Below, in pieces: positions 39,661-53,300 of a stretch of DNA of 64,000 bases; position 1 is the first letter of the stretch; every line of letters starts with the position of its first letter. The DNA is taken from positions 114,390,001-114,454,000 of the forward strand of contig OZ024742.1 in the NCBI GenBank assembly GCA_964016885.1. Reading direction: 5' to 3'. The notes below the pieces were generated by a model, which did no database searches, was not told the DNA's origin, and saw only the letters and a list, made by a program, of their open reading frames with translations. Origin of the DNA: Eledone cirrhosa (lineage: Eukaryota). The position numbers were made by a program, and so were the translations under genes.

Positions 39661-40680
39661 AACCAGTAAGACCCCGACAGCTGAGCTCAAGCCGTTTCGA
39701 CGGCTAATTCTGGACTAAATGAAAATTTATCCTGGTATTTAAATAGCCGATCTTCTCAAGGGGTAATTCCATATATGGTCAAAGTGATTGTCAAAAATCA
39801 GTAGTAATTCTGTGGTTGCAAATTAGTAGGGGAGATGGTGGCTAAACCAGCCAGTAGGAGAAAGAGGGGAGGGGGTGGAGTAGCCCCAATCAAGCGTTTG
39901 TAGTGCCAGCTACAGCTGGGCATGAGGTCAAAGAAGATACAAGGGAGGGAGAGGGGGAGGAAGTCGGAACGGTAGGTAGAACAATGGAGGGTAGAAATAT
40001 ATAGGAAAGAGAGTGAAGAAAAGCAAATAAGTGTAAAGCAAAACAAATGAGTGTAAAGAAAAAAGTAAAGTAAATTAAATTCTACGACCTAGGTCTCTAG
40101 CTATTGTTAGTCTGGAATAAATAAATAAATAAAGAAAGAAAGAAATAAAGAAATAACGAAATAAGTAAAAGAACTAGGTGGGACGGTATAGACGAGGACC
40201 CTTTTAAGAGGTATAAGTACGTAAATGATACGGTGATGGGTCAACAAAAGGGGCCAAAATACTAAAGAGACTACCACGAAATAGACAATAAAGGTTTCCA
40301 TCCCGGGTACAATTCCAGCCGCCACCCAGTGCAGCAAAGTGAACTAATACGAGATAATAATTCTGAGTCCCGAGAAAAATATATACTAATGCTAACTCTA
40401 AAAGAGCTAAAACAAGCTACATGAAAGTTCGTACGAAGTAAAGGTAGAATACGGAAGAATAAATTCAGAATCCACCCCGCCTAAAAGAAAAGCGAAGAAA
40501 GAAATACTGAAACGAAAAAATAAGGCATAAGTGCCACTAAGAAATATAGAGGGCACAGAGAATAGTGGGAGCGGTCGGAAAAAGGGGACAAGTATCCGGG
40601 GTCTAAACCAACTGCTATAAAGGGCGGAGTCCGCCAAATCTATCCTAGACTAGGGGAGGGGGTAGGGATACTAAGGCTAC
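39657..40680 (-). mobile_element. Non-coding HHR-bearing repeat (copy 2, inverted, tail-less)
   Basis: Near-identical reverse complement of ~1265-2317. Confidence 0.85.
39671..39764 (-). ncRNA. Type I hammerhead ribozyme, U3-A8 core variant, uninterrupted
   Basis: Minus strand ACCCC-TTGAGAA-GATCGGCTA..TAGCCGTC-GAAA-CGGC-TTGAGCTCA-GCTG-TC|GGGGT. Confidence 0.8.
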
Positions 40681-41383
40681 ACTTTCTGTGGTGGTGGTCT
40701 ATGCCAGACAAAATATTCACTAACGCAGGATGTTCTTCTTGTTTTAATTATTTCACTTTATGAATTTTATCCGTGTTTCATTTATTTCAATAATTTAGCA
40801 CTTATCTGTCGTTTGAAAACTTATACGAGCAAATATATGCCCGGAATTACTGCATCAAACTATTGCAGGCATAATGAGCTCATGCGAACATTAAAGGGTA
40901 ATATGTACCGTTATATTCTATCGCTGTGACTGATTATATTGTGCAAATATATAAATATATATATATGTGTGTGTGTGTGTGTGTTTGTGTGTGTGTGTGG
41001 GTGTGTGTGTGTGTATTTGTGTGTATGTATGTATATACATATAATAGCGAGAGCCAAGTTTATCAAATGCAATACGTTTCTTATAGGCCATATTCTGACA
41101 TGCCTAGGTAAACAAGTAATCAATATGAAACAATTATTCAACAATTATTTGCTGGAAACACAATACAAGCATACCTGCATACCATCAGGGATTTTCCAAA
41201 GGGATTGGATTTAACCAGAAATATATATCAAGAAGATAGATCTTATCAAATTTTGCATATGCGGAATCAATTGAAGAATGCAAGCGTAGAAGGGTCGAAG
41301 TACAAAGTGATGAATATGGTAAAGGAGTCTGTTTTGAGGTGTGTGTTAAAAAGCGGTTTTTCTTCTTCTTCTTCTTCTTCTTC

Positions 41384-41431
<48 letters not shown>

Positions 41432-41432
<1 letters not shown>

Positions 41433-44400
41433 GTTTTTCTTTTTTTTTCTTCTTCTTTCATTATCGTTTCTGAGATATATGCCGAGTGTCTTCCTGACGC
41501 CTAGGGCAAATACATTCACAGTGTGCATTGGTAAGCCTGTTAATACAGCACATTGATTATAATAAACATTAACAAAATAAAAGAAACATTATACATATAT
41601 AAACATGTGCATATGCTTATGTAAATACAGTCCTCTTCTCAACACGTGTGCAGTACCAGTCAAAACAATTTTGTTGCACTCGTGCAGAGAGGGTAAGTCA
41701 TCAAACATTCGCAAATATTGTTCTGTTCCTTTCTTGATCATTCCCAGTCCTCCCACAATCACTGGTATTGTAACGGCCTTGAGGTGCCACATTTTCTCAA
41801 TTTCAATAAGCAGATCTTTATATTTTCCTAGATTGTCAAATTCTTTTGCCGCGATATTGTGATGACATGGGATGCTCATATCTATCAACAAACATACCTT
41901 GATATGACCATTTTTATAATGATGTCAGTTCTATTTGCTTTTATGGTCCTGTCAGTGTGTACAGGAAAGTCCCAGGGAATTGTTACTTTTTCTCCTTCAG
42001 TTACAGCCTCAGGGTGATGATTGTACCACTTGTCTTCAGCTTTGATTTTGTAATGCCGACATATTACCCAGTGTAGATATTGGCCAACTCTGTCATGTCT
42101 ATATTTGTATTCTACTGCTGCTAAAACTTTACATCCAGAGACGAATTGATCGACTGTTTCAACCCCAGAATTGCCGAATCGGCACTTTGGGTTTATTCCG
42201 TTTCTCATCACATTGGCCTCTTAATTACGAGTCAATAAGTTTTGATCTTGGACAGCTAAGATGAAGCCTTCACTCTCCGCCTTTAGCCCTGAACTAGGTA
42301 GCCACTGATGGGTGTGCTTTTCGTCAACATCAACTTCTTTGCTACGGGCCACATATTTGCCATGCAGATGTTTCTGCTCCCAATTTGATGCTAATTGTCC
42401 TTGCCCTTTTGGATTTGCCAGTGATTTTATGTGCCTAGCAGCATCAGTTGCAACAGTTTCTTTAGTCTGTCCAACCTGGGTATCGAGCAGGAGAGCAGTA
42501 GCATATGTTTTGTTCTCCTTCAAGATAGAATGAAGCTTCTTACTTCATGCACCTCAACAAGTTACAGCATACAGTCGTTAGTTGTTTCAAGGTATTTGGC
42601 CAGTCCAATGATGGTGGTCTTGTAAGCAAGGTCAAATTGGATCAGGCCACGGCCTCCTTGAGTTCTAGGAAGGTAAGGACGATCGACATCTGCTTTTGGG
42701 TGGTGCATCCTATTACAGGTCTGTAACTTACGGACTTTGGTGGCGATTCTTTTGATTTCACCCATATTCCAGTTAAAAACACCGAAGGTATAAGTGACAA
42801 CTGGGACTGCCAAGGAATATATGGCTAGCACCTTGTTACGAGCGTTTAGTTCTGATCTCAGAACTGCACGTACTCTGCTGTAACATTATTTCCTTATCTT
42901 CTCTTTCATACGTGCATGCTGTATGCCAGCGCCCTCATTAATCCCTAAGTATTTATAGGTTTGCTCTTGCTCAAGTTCCTTTATGATTGTTTCAGCATCC
43001 AATTCAACTGAGTCTGAGTTGACAAGCTTCCCCTTCTTGAAAGTGACTTATGCACACTTGTCAAGTCCAAACTCCATCCTGATGTCATCGCTAAACGTTT
43101 TTACTGTCCGCAAAAGGCCTTCCAGTTCGTCATTATCTTTGCAATATAGCTTCAAATCATCCATATAAAATAGGTGCCTTATTTTTTGTGTCAATTCTAT
43201 AACCGTACCCTGTTCTATTAAGCTAGGATGTAAGGGGTATTAAAGCTATGCAGAAAAGCAAGGGTGAAAGTGAGACACCCTGGAATGTACCACAGTTGAT
43301 GTTTACATTCCTAGAGGACAGCATCCCAGTGGAATGAGATAATTGGAGATTTGTGTTCCATAATGACATATTGTGTTTCATGAAGTTTGTGATCCCAGGT
43401 GAGATTTTGAAGATGTCCAGTGATTTCAGAATTCATGAGTGTGGTATGCTGTCAAAGGCTTTTTCATAATCGATCCATGCAGAACTGAGATTTCTGTGTT
43501 TATTATGACAGTTCTCAAGGATCATACGATTAATCATAAGTTGATGTTTGCAAACATATGAACCTCGTCGGCACCCTTTTTGTTCAATGGGGAAAAGATT
43601 TTTCTCCTCCAAAAACACGTATGCTTTTTCCATGAGAATAGAGGTTAATAGTTTATAAGTGGTGGACAAGCAGGTTATGGGCCGATAGTGTTTTTGATTT
43701 TTGGTTTCGTTGTTATTTGGTAGAAGGTAGGTAATGCCACTTGCTATCCAATCAGGTGTATATTTTGGATCTTTCATAATTTCATTAAACAGCTTTACCA
43801 ATACATTGTGAGTGCCCGGAAGTGAGGAAAGCCTGTCTCTACCAGGAGATTTCCATTTATGAGATGTATTGAGTGCTGTCCTTAACTCCGCTATAGAGAT
43901 GTCTTCCCACGCCTGTTCTGAATTTGTGTAGGATTTTTCCAGGCGACTAATCCAATCTACATTAGCATTATATGTCTTCTCATCACTCCAAATATTACTG
44001 CTGAAGTTTTCAACTTCTTCTATGGTCTTCAATAATTTTTTTTTTCTTTAATTCTTCATAAAATGACTTGTCATTGGATGAAAACAACTTAATTTGCCTG
44101 TAGAAGTTGTTTCGCTTCTCTAATCTACGAATTCGTTGGGCTTTTACTTGGACTTTTTGTATCAGAGATTCTTTTGTTGAAACTATTGCTTCTCTAGAAG
44201 ACAGTCCATATTTTCTCATTAGCTTTCTTACCTTCCTGGATCCTATATCATTTCCAGCGGTTAACTCACTTAATAAAGATATTTCTCCTCTCCTTACGTC
44301 AATCTCCCTTTCGATTCTACTCCTCCAAATTGGTTTACCTCGAAGGTTCGACTTTTTTTTTGGGGGGGGGGTCTTTTTGTGGTAAAAAACTTGTTTCAAT

Positions 44401-45365
44401 TATTCTAGCAGATGCATACATGATTTAAGTTAACTCAGTAAGGTCAGGTTCTAGTTCTTCTATGATTTATTTTGTCACAGAATTACCAATCATTATTTGT
44501 TTTCTATTTTGGGCGGTGAATTTGGGACTTTTTGAAGTGGCTCTCTATAATGTATACTAGAATGTCTTACTACTGAAAGCACATTCAGTATGTTTTGCAT
44601 TAATTCCTGTATAGACTCCCTGTGTTCTTCAGCAGATGTTTGGTTTTCAATTACTGTTTCTAAGTCCCACTGCTGGCTATTTTCAGCAGGTTCAATAGGG
44701 CTTCTCATTTCTACAAACCTATTTGTGATTTGGTCAGATGGATGTCTTTCAGTAAAGACTTTTGACAGCTTACTATCTCTAGGAGATTCTTCAGTTCTTT
44801 CATCATTTATATTTATGTCATTCCTCACAGCCTGCTTGATCGCAGTTAGTTCAGTGTCTGTGAGTCTATTATTTCTGAAGATATACCTCCTTACATTTGC
44901 CAACTATGTCCATCCATATCACGTTTGCTAGCTTGCTTCCGAGTTTTCCAGATTTTGTAGGAGTTTAAAGTGAGTCTGCCTTGTGATGGCTTACCTAATG
45001 CATAGTGATATGCATATGTTACTTCTTTATACTCTTCTCGGATCCATTCATCCTTTTAGGTTTTTCTTTTTGAGGTGGTTTTGGTGGTGGATCTGGAGGG
45101 CTCGAGTTGGTGCAATCCCCGATCAAGTGACCATCCAGGTCAATAATTGGAGAAGAGTTTGTGTCACAGGAGGGCTTTTCGATCCCAGATGGCACATTCT
45201 TGAGGGACCCGCTTCCTGATTAACCATAGGAAAAGCGATTTGGTATTGTGTATTAATTTTTATTTGTTCATCTCGCAGTACATGCTTGCGTTACGCATGT
45301 GTTTGGACGTACAGGGAAAGTTTCCCAGCACTTTGTGTAGTGCATTTGCTGGCTGGCACTGCGAT
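41432..45365 (-). mobile_element. Dong/R4-clade non-LTR retrotransposon A, near full length, degenerate
   Basis: YRPITCL, EQKGCRRGS, AWIDY.KAFDSIPH, FQG.SLSPLLFC, HLFYMDDLK, GGRGL, HGKY, RHDRV..LHW, WDF..TDRTIKANR.DI, KYKDL..EI (RT + CCHC + RLE). 3' end abuts (TAA)n 41385-41431; 5' end abuts a TAA-like tract. Confidence 0.93.
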
Positions 45366-46164
45366 CATTATTACTATTATAACAGTATAGCTATGGTCAT
45401 TGCTGCTGTTGATTGAGGTAATATTGCAATGGTTGCAGCCTTACGAGGTGTTCGATAATTTTCTCAACTGTTCTTGTGGTGTGAGTAGTGTTGTTGGTGT
45501 TGGCAGGGAGATTAATGCTGTGGGTGGGGCGCTGGGATTGGTAGTGGGTAGGCTGACATTGTAGCTGATAGGATTTGCTTCTCCGGCGTTATTTTCTGTT
45601 TATTTTGAGTCTGAGGTGAAAATGGGGTATTCTTTTTTCCTCCCCTTTGTTTTGTCCTTATGTGGGCTCCGTACACATACATAAATATATACTCACACGT
45701 GCATACATATACACACGTATGTATATACACACATATATATATATACCCACACATTAGACACTGAAAGGGAGGTAGGTATCAGTTAGTGACAGTAGTCTAC
45801 AAATAGATTGGGGATTTACTGGTGTGAATGTGTGAGGAGGTGGTTGTGAATATGGTGGTGGGAGAGAGAAGTGATCTTTCTAACTGTCCATTTTCCTTTC
45901 AAAATCTGAAATTTATCAACATTCGACCAAAATGTAAAAAATGTATTTGGGAAATATTTAAAAATATATATGCACCCTTCAGATCTTCAGCCACAGAGAT
46001 GATTGCATAATAATTAGTCAGATTTTTGATTATATAGAAGTTAACCCCCGCAATAAACAGTGTTTTCCGATCTATGACTGTTTCTTTTCTTCAAATATTA
46101 ATATGTAAACAGCGATTGTAATGGGTAAATATATTATTATTATATAGCTTTCGATAGGGTCGGC

Positions 46165-46872
46165 AATCGTTATCTGGCGGCAGTCCTGAGGGCGGCTGCC
46201 TTTGGGCCCGTCTTCAGAGGCTGGATTGCTGCCATGCGCAGCGACATCTTCTCTGTGGTGAGAGTAAACGGACACCTTTCGGAACCGTTGAACATCATGC
46301 GCTCGGTCCGCCAAAGATGTCCCCTCTTGTCCCTCTTGTACGTATTGACTCTCGAGCCAATACTGCACAAACTGGAGACGTTCAGGGGGTGGGGGGTCCC
46401 TTGCAAACTTGGATGCGGAAAATCCGTCTCAGCATATGCGGACGATGTCACCGTAGTAGTGTCGAACGCAAAACACGTCAAGGCGATCGGCACGACACTA
46501 AGAGAATACGAAGCGGTGACAGGAGCAATGATCAACCAGGAAAAGTCGGTGGGTCTGATGCTCGGCACCTGGAGAGGCAGGTCCATGCTGGCCGACAGCG
46601 TCGTCGGCTGTTGGACGGACTGACCGGTTAAATTGCTAGGGGTCTGGTTCGGTCCGGACCTCCAGAGGGGCAAAAACTGGGATGAGGTGACGTACAGGGT
46701 GGATCTATCACCCAGAAATGGGCAGAGAGGAAGCTATCCCTGAAAGGTCGAGCAGAGGTGGCGAATGCGTACATCGCGTCTGTCATCATTACCGCTTGAC
46801 CGTCGTGCCTTTTCCTAAGTTGCGCCTGACTGCACTGGAGCGTTTGCGCTTTCGCTTTTTGTGGAAGGGACG
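46165..46872 (+). mobile_element. Tx1/L1-clade LINE RT fragment
   Basis: RSVRQRCPL..LLYVLTLEP..AYADD..LGVWFG; paralogous to 48860-49555. Confidence 0.88.
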
Positions 46873-49800
46873 CAGTTGGTGATTTCAGGGACCTAGGAGG
46901 GACACTCAACCGGTGAGTATATTCGGATATACGCATAGAAGAGCCGACGACCAGCCGAAGGGATGATTCAACGGTCCCTTCACCAGACGATCAAGTGAAA
47001 AGGGATGGTGAAACCATCCTTCCTCTACGAAAAGTAAGGTAAGTGTCCTTTCCCAACTTTTCCACTCCATTTCAACAAGACCTCACGCAGAATAGGCAGC
47101 ATAGATGCGCGTGGCTTGGGGTCGTCATGGAAGCAGGGCCACCTGCTCAACGACCTCAGGTCACTAAACATAGAAGCAGTGGCCATCAGCGAGACCAGAA
47201 TCTCCGAAACACGGGCCTTCGCACTGATCTCCGGCGGCTACGATATATACGCATCTCCCAGCCGCCCTGGATCGGCGGGGCGGGAGTTGCTGTGCTCTTT
47301 CGGAGAAGTTTTGATCTCACCATACGGGCCATCTTCCTGGACCCAGAGGGTAAGTTGGTGCTGCTGGACGTGACCAGCGGAGGCGGGCAAGCTTTCAGGC
47401 TAGTGGCCGTCTATGCCTCGACAGCAGCAGGGCGGCCTGATTTCTTCCGGCGTCTGGAGATCTTTCTTGGAACGTCCCGCACTCTAGTGTTAGTAGGCGA
47501 CTGTAACGGGATCTTAGATGCACGCCGGGACCGTGTGGGATCAGCGGATAGGGGAGCAGGGTGCAAGAGCCTCATCAACCTGCTCAGGCATTTTGAACTG
47601 TCTGACAGGTACCGATTGGATTTCCCGAATGTGCCAATGTGGACTTGGACAAACCGCATAGGTTCATCCAGATCATATCTAGATAGAGTATTTTGTAGGG
47701 AAATAGATAGGTCTAGCATAGGCTGTCCACAATTCAAGATATTCAGCTACAGGGACCACAAATTTGTGATCTGTGTGCTTGACTTAGATAGGCTTCATAG
47801 ACGAGGACCCGGCTACTGGAAGCTAAACCGATCTTACCAGCGTGCAAGGCCTACAGAGACCGTATTATCGAACTAGTTAAGCGAGCCTTGACGGGGGCCA
47901 TCGTCAACAATAAGTGGTGCTTTGCTCTGAAAAGAGTGATTAGAATAGAGTCCATTAGGTTTAGTAAGGCTTTAGCAATAGAGAAAAATAAAGCAGAGGT
48001 AGGACTAGTTAGAAAATTAGACGAGGCGCTTAGCAAAGGCATCGCGACCGACGTACTTGCGGCGAAATTGGCCCTTGACCAATTCTTCAATGCAAAGAAC
48101 GAAGGCTGCGTTGTCAGAGCTAAGGTGTGTGCTCTCAGACACGAGGGGAAGAAAGCCGTTCAATGGGCCCGAATGGCAGAGGCGCGTCGTGGCAACAAAG
48201 CCAGGATCCGGTCTTTGGTGGACCACGAGGGACGCATGCTACTCGATCCCGGGCAAATGTGAGAAGCTTTTCAGCGACACTTCGCTCAGCTGTTCGGGAG
48301 CAGCGGCTGGCCGGATCGAGGGATGGACTTTAGTGTCTACCTCGACGGACTGCCGCGGCTCTCGGCCACTGAGGCTGAGTGTTGCGAAAAGCCGATAACA
48401 GCTGCTGAAGTACGGGAAGCAATGACTGGCTGCACAAGGGATAAATCGCCTGGTTTGGATGGTCTGCCCTACGAACTTAACCTACAGATTCTAGACTTGC
48501 TCGGAGGCCTCTTGGCGAACGTCTACTGCAACTGGCAACAGAACGGGAGAATTCCCAGCTCTGTGAGCCGAAGTGCTGTGGCGCTTCTGAGAAAGGATCC
48601 GAACATAGATAATTTCAGGCCCATAACTCTGCTATACACAAAGTTAAAGATTTTGGACAAGGGGCTAGCAAAGAGGTTGGCGCTTGTCGTTGGTGGTCTG
48701 GTGGGAGAGGCGCAGACATGCGCCATTCCCGACAGATCCATCACGACAACCTCCACCTCATGCGATACATCGTAGATATGGTAGGTAGGGAACCAGGCAC
48801 GGGTGGGTCCTTGATCAATTTAGATCAGTCGAAAGCTTTCGATAGGGTCGGCCATTATTACCTAGCGGCAGCCCTGAGGGCGGCTGTGTTTGTGCCCGTC
48901 TTCAGAGACTGGATCGCTGCCATGCACAGCGAGACCTGCTCTGTGGTGAGAGTGAACGGTCACCTTTCGGAACCGTTCAACTTCTGCGCTCGATCCGCCA
49001 AGGATGTCCCATATAGTCCCTCTGATACGTATTGACTCTCGAGCCATTACTGCACAAACTGGAGATGTTGAGGGGGACCCGTGCGAGCTAGGACGCGGAA
49101 GATCCGTGTCAGCATATGCGGACGATGTCACCGTAGTGGTGTCGAACGCCAAACACATCGATGCGATCGGCACTACACTAAGAGAAACCGAAGCGGTGAC
49201 AGGAGCAATGATCAACCAGGAAATGTAGAGTGGGCCTGCATCTCGGCACCTGGAGAGGCAGGTCAATGCCGTCCAACAGCGTCGTCGGGCGATGGACGGA
49301 CATATCGGTTAAATTGCTAAGGGTCTGGTTCGGTCCGGACCTCCAGACGGACAAAAACTGGGACGAGGTGACGAGCAGGCTGGCTTCTCTAACCCAGAAA
49401 CGTCTGGAGAGAAGCTATCTCTGAAAGGTCGAGCGTAGGTGACTAACGCGTACATCGCGTCCATCATCTACTACCGCCTGACCGTCATACCTTGTCCTAA
49501 GCCCCGCCTGACTGCGCTGGAGCGTTTGCTCTTTCCCTTTTTGTGGAAGGGATGCGCTCCGATGATCAGGCGGTCCATCTGCTGTCAACAGCCGCTACGT
49601 GGAGGGTTGGGCATGCCGTTGCTGATGATGCGCAGACACGCGCTTAGGCATGGACATCTCCACCTCTTCCTCGACGGTGCTCAGGTCTGGTCGCCGTTTG
49701 CCAGACGCGTCTTTCGCCAGCTCGTCTCTTTGACGGAGCTGCAATCCTGGGTCATGCAATCCTGGTGGCCATGGCGAAAGAGATAGTATAGTGGACACGT

Positions 49801-50239
49801 TTGAAAGGGCTGTAGACGAGCACTTTCCTCTTCGGTGATGCCCTAATTAATTTTTCAAATTTCATTTGAAAAGGAAATTTAGGATAGAGAGGGAAGTGCT
49901 CTCTTCCCAGCGTTTTGTTGAAAGATGGGTGAGAGAGGCAAGAATGGCCCGAGTGAATGGGCCTACTCTGAGTATGTGTCTATAAATTAAAGGTGGAAAA
50001 CTGGGAGAGGGCACTTGCCCTGGTGGTCAGTGTCACTGTGGCTTTTTAATGGGCTTTCTCCATGAATTACCGTCGGAAATCTCCCCCTTATTGGGGAATT
50101 TTTCATTGTTATTTATTGTTACTTCCTATTTTTGTTTTTTTTACACGCAGAAATGCCCATTTGTACCGTCCTATATTGTCATGTACTGTCCTTAATGTCT
50201 ACTTTATGTAAACCCTTGTGGTTAATAAAGAAAGCCTTA

Positions 50240-50240
<1 letters not shown>
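46873..50240 (+). mobile_element. Tx1/L1-clade LINE (ORF1 end + APE-RT ORF2), degenerate
   Basis: APE: AISETR, GVAVLF, LVGDCN, SYLDRV, DH, GYWKLN. RT: KSPGLDGLP, NFRPITLL, LDQSKAFDRV, YADD. 3' CCCTTGTGG..AATAAA then (ATT)n. Confidence 0.92.
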
Positions 50241-50242
<2 letters not shown>

Positions 50243-50301
<59 letters not shown>

Positions 50302-50310
50302 ATTATTAAT
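50243..50310. repeat. (ATT/TAA)n tract between the convergent 3' ends of Tx1 and Dong
   Basis: Direct inspection. Confidence 0.95.
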
Positions 50311-53300
50311 ACTGTTACATTTATCTTGCTTTATGTTCATACGAGTTATCACCAAGTCACAACCAGTGACCTCAAGAGACAACAAGGTCCGCCATGTTCA
50401 AGAAAGAACATACATACACATGCATCTTTAGGTGTTTAGACTTGTGATGTATTTATATCGACAGAATCTTCCTTAGTATATAGGCGGTTCCTATTAGTAC
50501 AACTTTTATATTTCTCCTATACGCGGGTTTTCTGAGATGTTCGATAAGTAATTATTTAGCCACCTTAGGTATCATTCCTAGAGCGCTTACAACACTGGTA
50601 TTGTTTTAGTTCTCAATTACTACATTTTTCAAATGTCTATCTCCAGGTCCTTATACTTGCTCAATTTTTCAAATGTTTTCATAGATACATTCTTGTCTAT
50701 TGGAACGGACATATCGATTAGCAGGCACCCCTCTTTTTAAAGTCCTTCAGTATTATATCAGGTCTATTTTCATCTATTTTTCGGTTTGTTTGGATACTAT
50801 AGTTCCACAAGATTGAAATGTGATTTGTTTCAAGTACGGGAGGTGGTTGATGCTCCCACCAATTCTGTTGATGTGGCAGGACAAAATGCTTACACATTAT
50901 CCAATGTATGTATTGTGCAGCTTTGTCGTGCCTGTTTAGCTATTCTGTTGGGGCTATAGGACTGCACATTGATATTATATGATCAATGGTCTGTGGTTAT
51001 TATTTACATAAACGACATAATGTGTTGCATCCATTTTGTATTATGTTGGCTTGGTAATTTTTTGTTTGCAGACACTGATCTTGTGCTGATATAATCAGTC
51101 CTTCAGTCTCCGATTTCAGTCCAGAGGTTAACAACCATTGATGGGTTAAAGTGTTGTCAACATCAGGATTGTTAGCTCTTTCTTTTATTTTCCATACAGA
51201 GGCTTTTCTTGCCATTTCTTAGCCAGTTTCTGTAGCGGTTCTTTCTTTGCAGTTACTTTTACCTGCTTTATTTTTTTCTGTGTTTTACATTTCAGTAATA
51301 AATGGAACTTCTGAAGTTTTTAGTCCATTACTGTATCTTTGTGCATCTTTTGTAATGGAGTATGATCTTTTGATGCTTTCGGTTTTCAAAACAAGTTTGA
51401 TTATCCAATCATGTGATTCCGTTAGATATGTAGATACTCAAATTGTTGCAGTTTTCAATTCAATTTCTAACCGGATTAACCCACATCCATCTTCTTTCCT
51501 AGAGAGATATATTCTATCTGTATCTGACTTCGGGTGATGCATTCTGTGCATGGTTAAGAATTTGCTGATTTTTGTATCGAGCCTACGGATCTCTGTGTTT
51601 GACCAGTTGATGACATTGTAACTGAAGGTTACTACTGGTATTGCAAGCGTATTTATGGCATCGATCCTATTCCTTGCATTCAATTCCGTTCTTAAGATTG
51701 TTCTTACTCTGCAGTAACATTCCTTCCTTATCCTTTCCCTCATTGTCGAGTGCTTGATTCCGTCTCCTACACAAACATCTAGATATTTGTAAGTTTCTTT
51801 TTGATCAAGTTCTCTTATCACATTCACCCCGATCATGATTAATGTCTGAACTTTTCAGCAGCTATCCAAGCAATGGATAGATTTGAGTGTCTATTATAAC
51901 GATCTTCCCGTATCATTTTGTTAACCAAAAGCTGAACCTTACAGCAATACGAGCCTCGATTACACATTTTCTGCTCATTGGGAAATAGATCATTTGTTAT
52001 CAGGTGGTCATATGTATATTCAGTTAGGAATGATGTTAAAATGTTATACATTGTGGTCAAGCAAGTTATCGGTCTGTAATTTTTGGGATTATTTGTCTTA
52101 TCATTCTTCGGAAGTAGGAACGTAATGCCGTTGACTAGCCATGAGGTTATCTTTTCTGGCTCCTTAACTACTTCATTGTAAAGTTGGGCTAACAGCTCAT
52201 GAGACACTGTGAAGGCATTTATCCAAAAATTTGGTATTTTGTCTTTTCCTGTGTATTTCCATTTGCTGGTTATTCTAAGACCTAAACGCAACTGTTCAAC
52301 TGTTATATTTTCCCATGTTTGTTCCTCAAGGTGAGCTGTATCATTCATTTCTCTGTCTATCCATGGAGCATGTATATTATGAACTTTTTCTTCAGCCTAG
52401 ATCTTTTGCCAGAATTCTTGCACTTCCTCCTTGGGTGGTATTGATTTAGCAGTTATTGTTGACTTGCCAATTTTTCTGTAGAAGTTTCTTTGGTTGTTTT
52501 TGAACATATTATTGTCCTTATTGAATATAGATCGTTTTTCAAAGCGCCTTATACGAGCAGCTTGGTCGACACGTTTTGCTTGATTGTTTCTATCAGCATG
52601 TTTATGTTACTTGTTGATTTCATACTGTATTTTCTTTTCAATTTTCTAAGTTTAGTTTGTTTAACATGGTCACCTACTTTGTAGTTTATTCAAATTTCTA
52701 TCAGATCGGAGAATGTTTATTTGGCGATTGATGTAGGTTTCTTGTGGGAATTCCTTTGTTTTTTTCATTTTCATTCCACATAAGTGAGTGGTGACTTCAG
52801 CCGATGCATAATAGAGATGATTTAGATCAGTAATGTTTAGTCTGTTTGTTATAATAATGTTTTTTGAGAATTATGTTAGTCTTGTGTATTATCCTTTGGT
52901 TTTGTTTGGAGTTCTGGATCTTAGGGAGAGTGACTCGTTGCCCCATGTCAGATTCTTTCATTTTCATCCATTCGATCATAATTTAATTCTTCAAGTTGTC
53001 GAGTTCATTCTCATTCATTTCTTTAACATCTACGATCTGATTCTATTCATTTTGAGTACCATCTTGAGCATGCACTCCTTCCACTTTTTCGATAATTTCT
53101 TTAATTTGTTCTGCTGTCAGTGATTCCACCCCAAGCCTGGGATTCGAAGTGTTACAATTTACCTCGTTTTCACTGACACATATTTCATTTTCCCTTCGCT
53201 TACTTTGCGCTAACTACTTGTTCTGATCAATTTCTATATCAGTTAGTAACTTTTTCTTAACAATATTTCTTAACAATATTTCTTCGTATATTTGTTAGTT

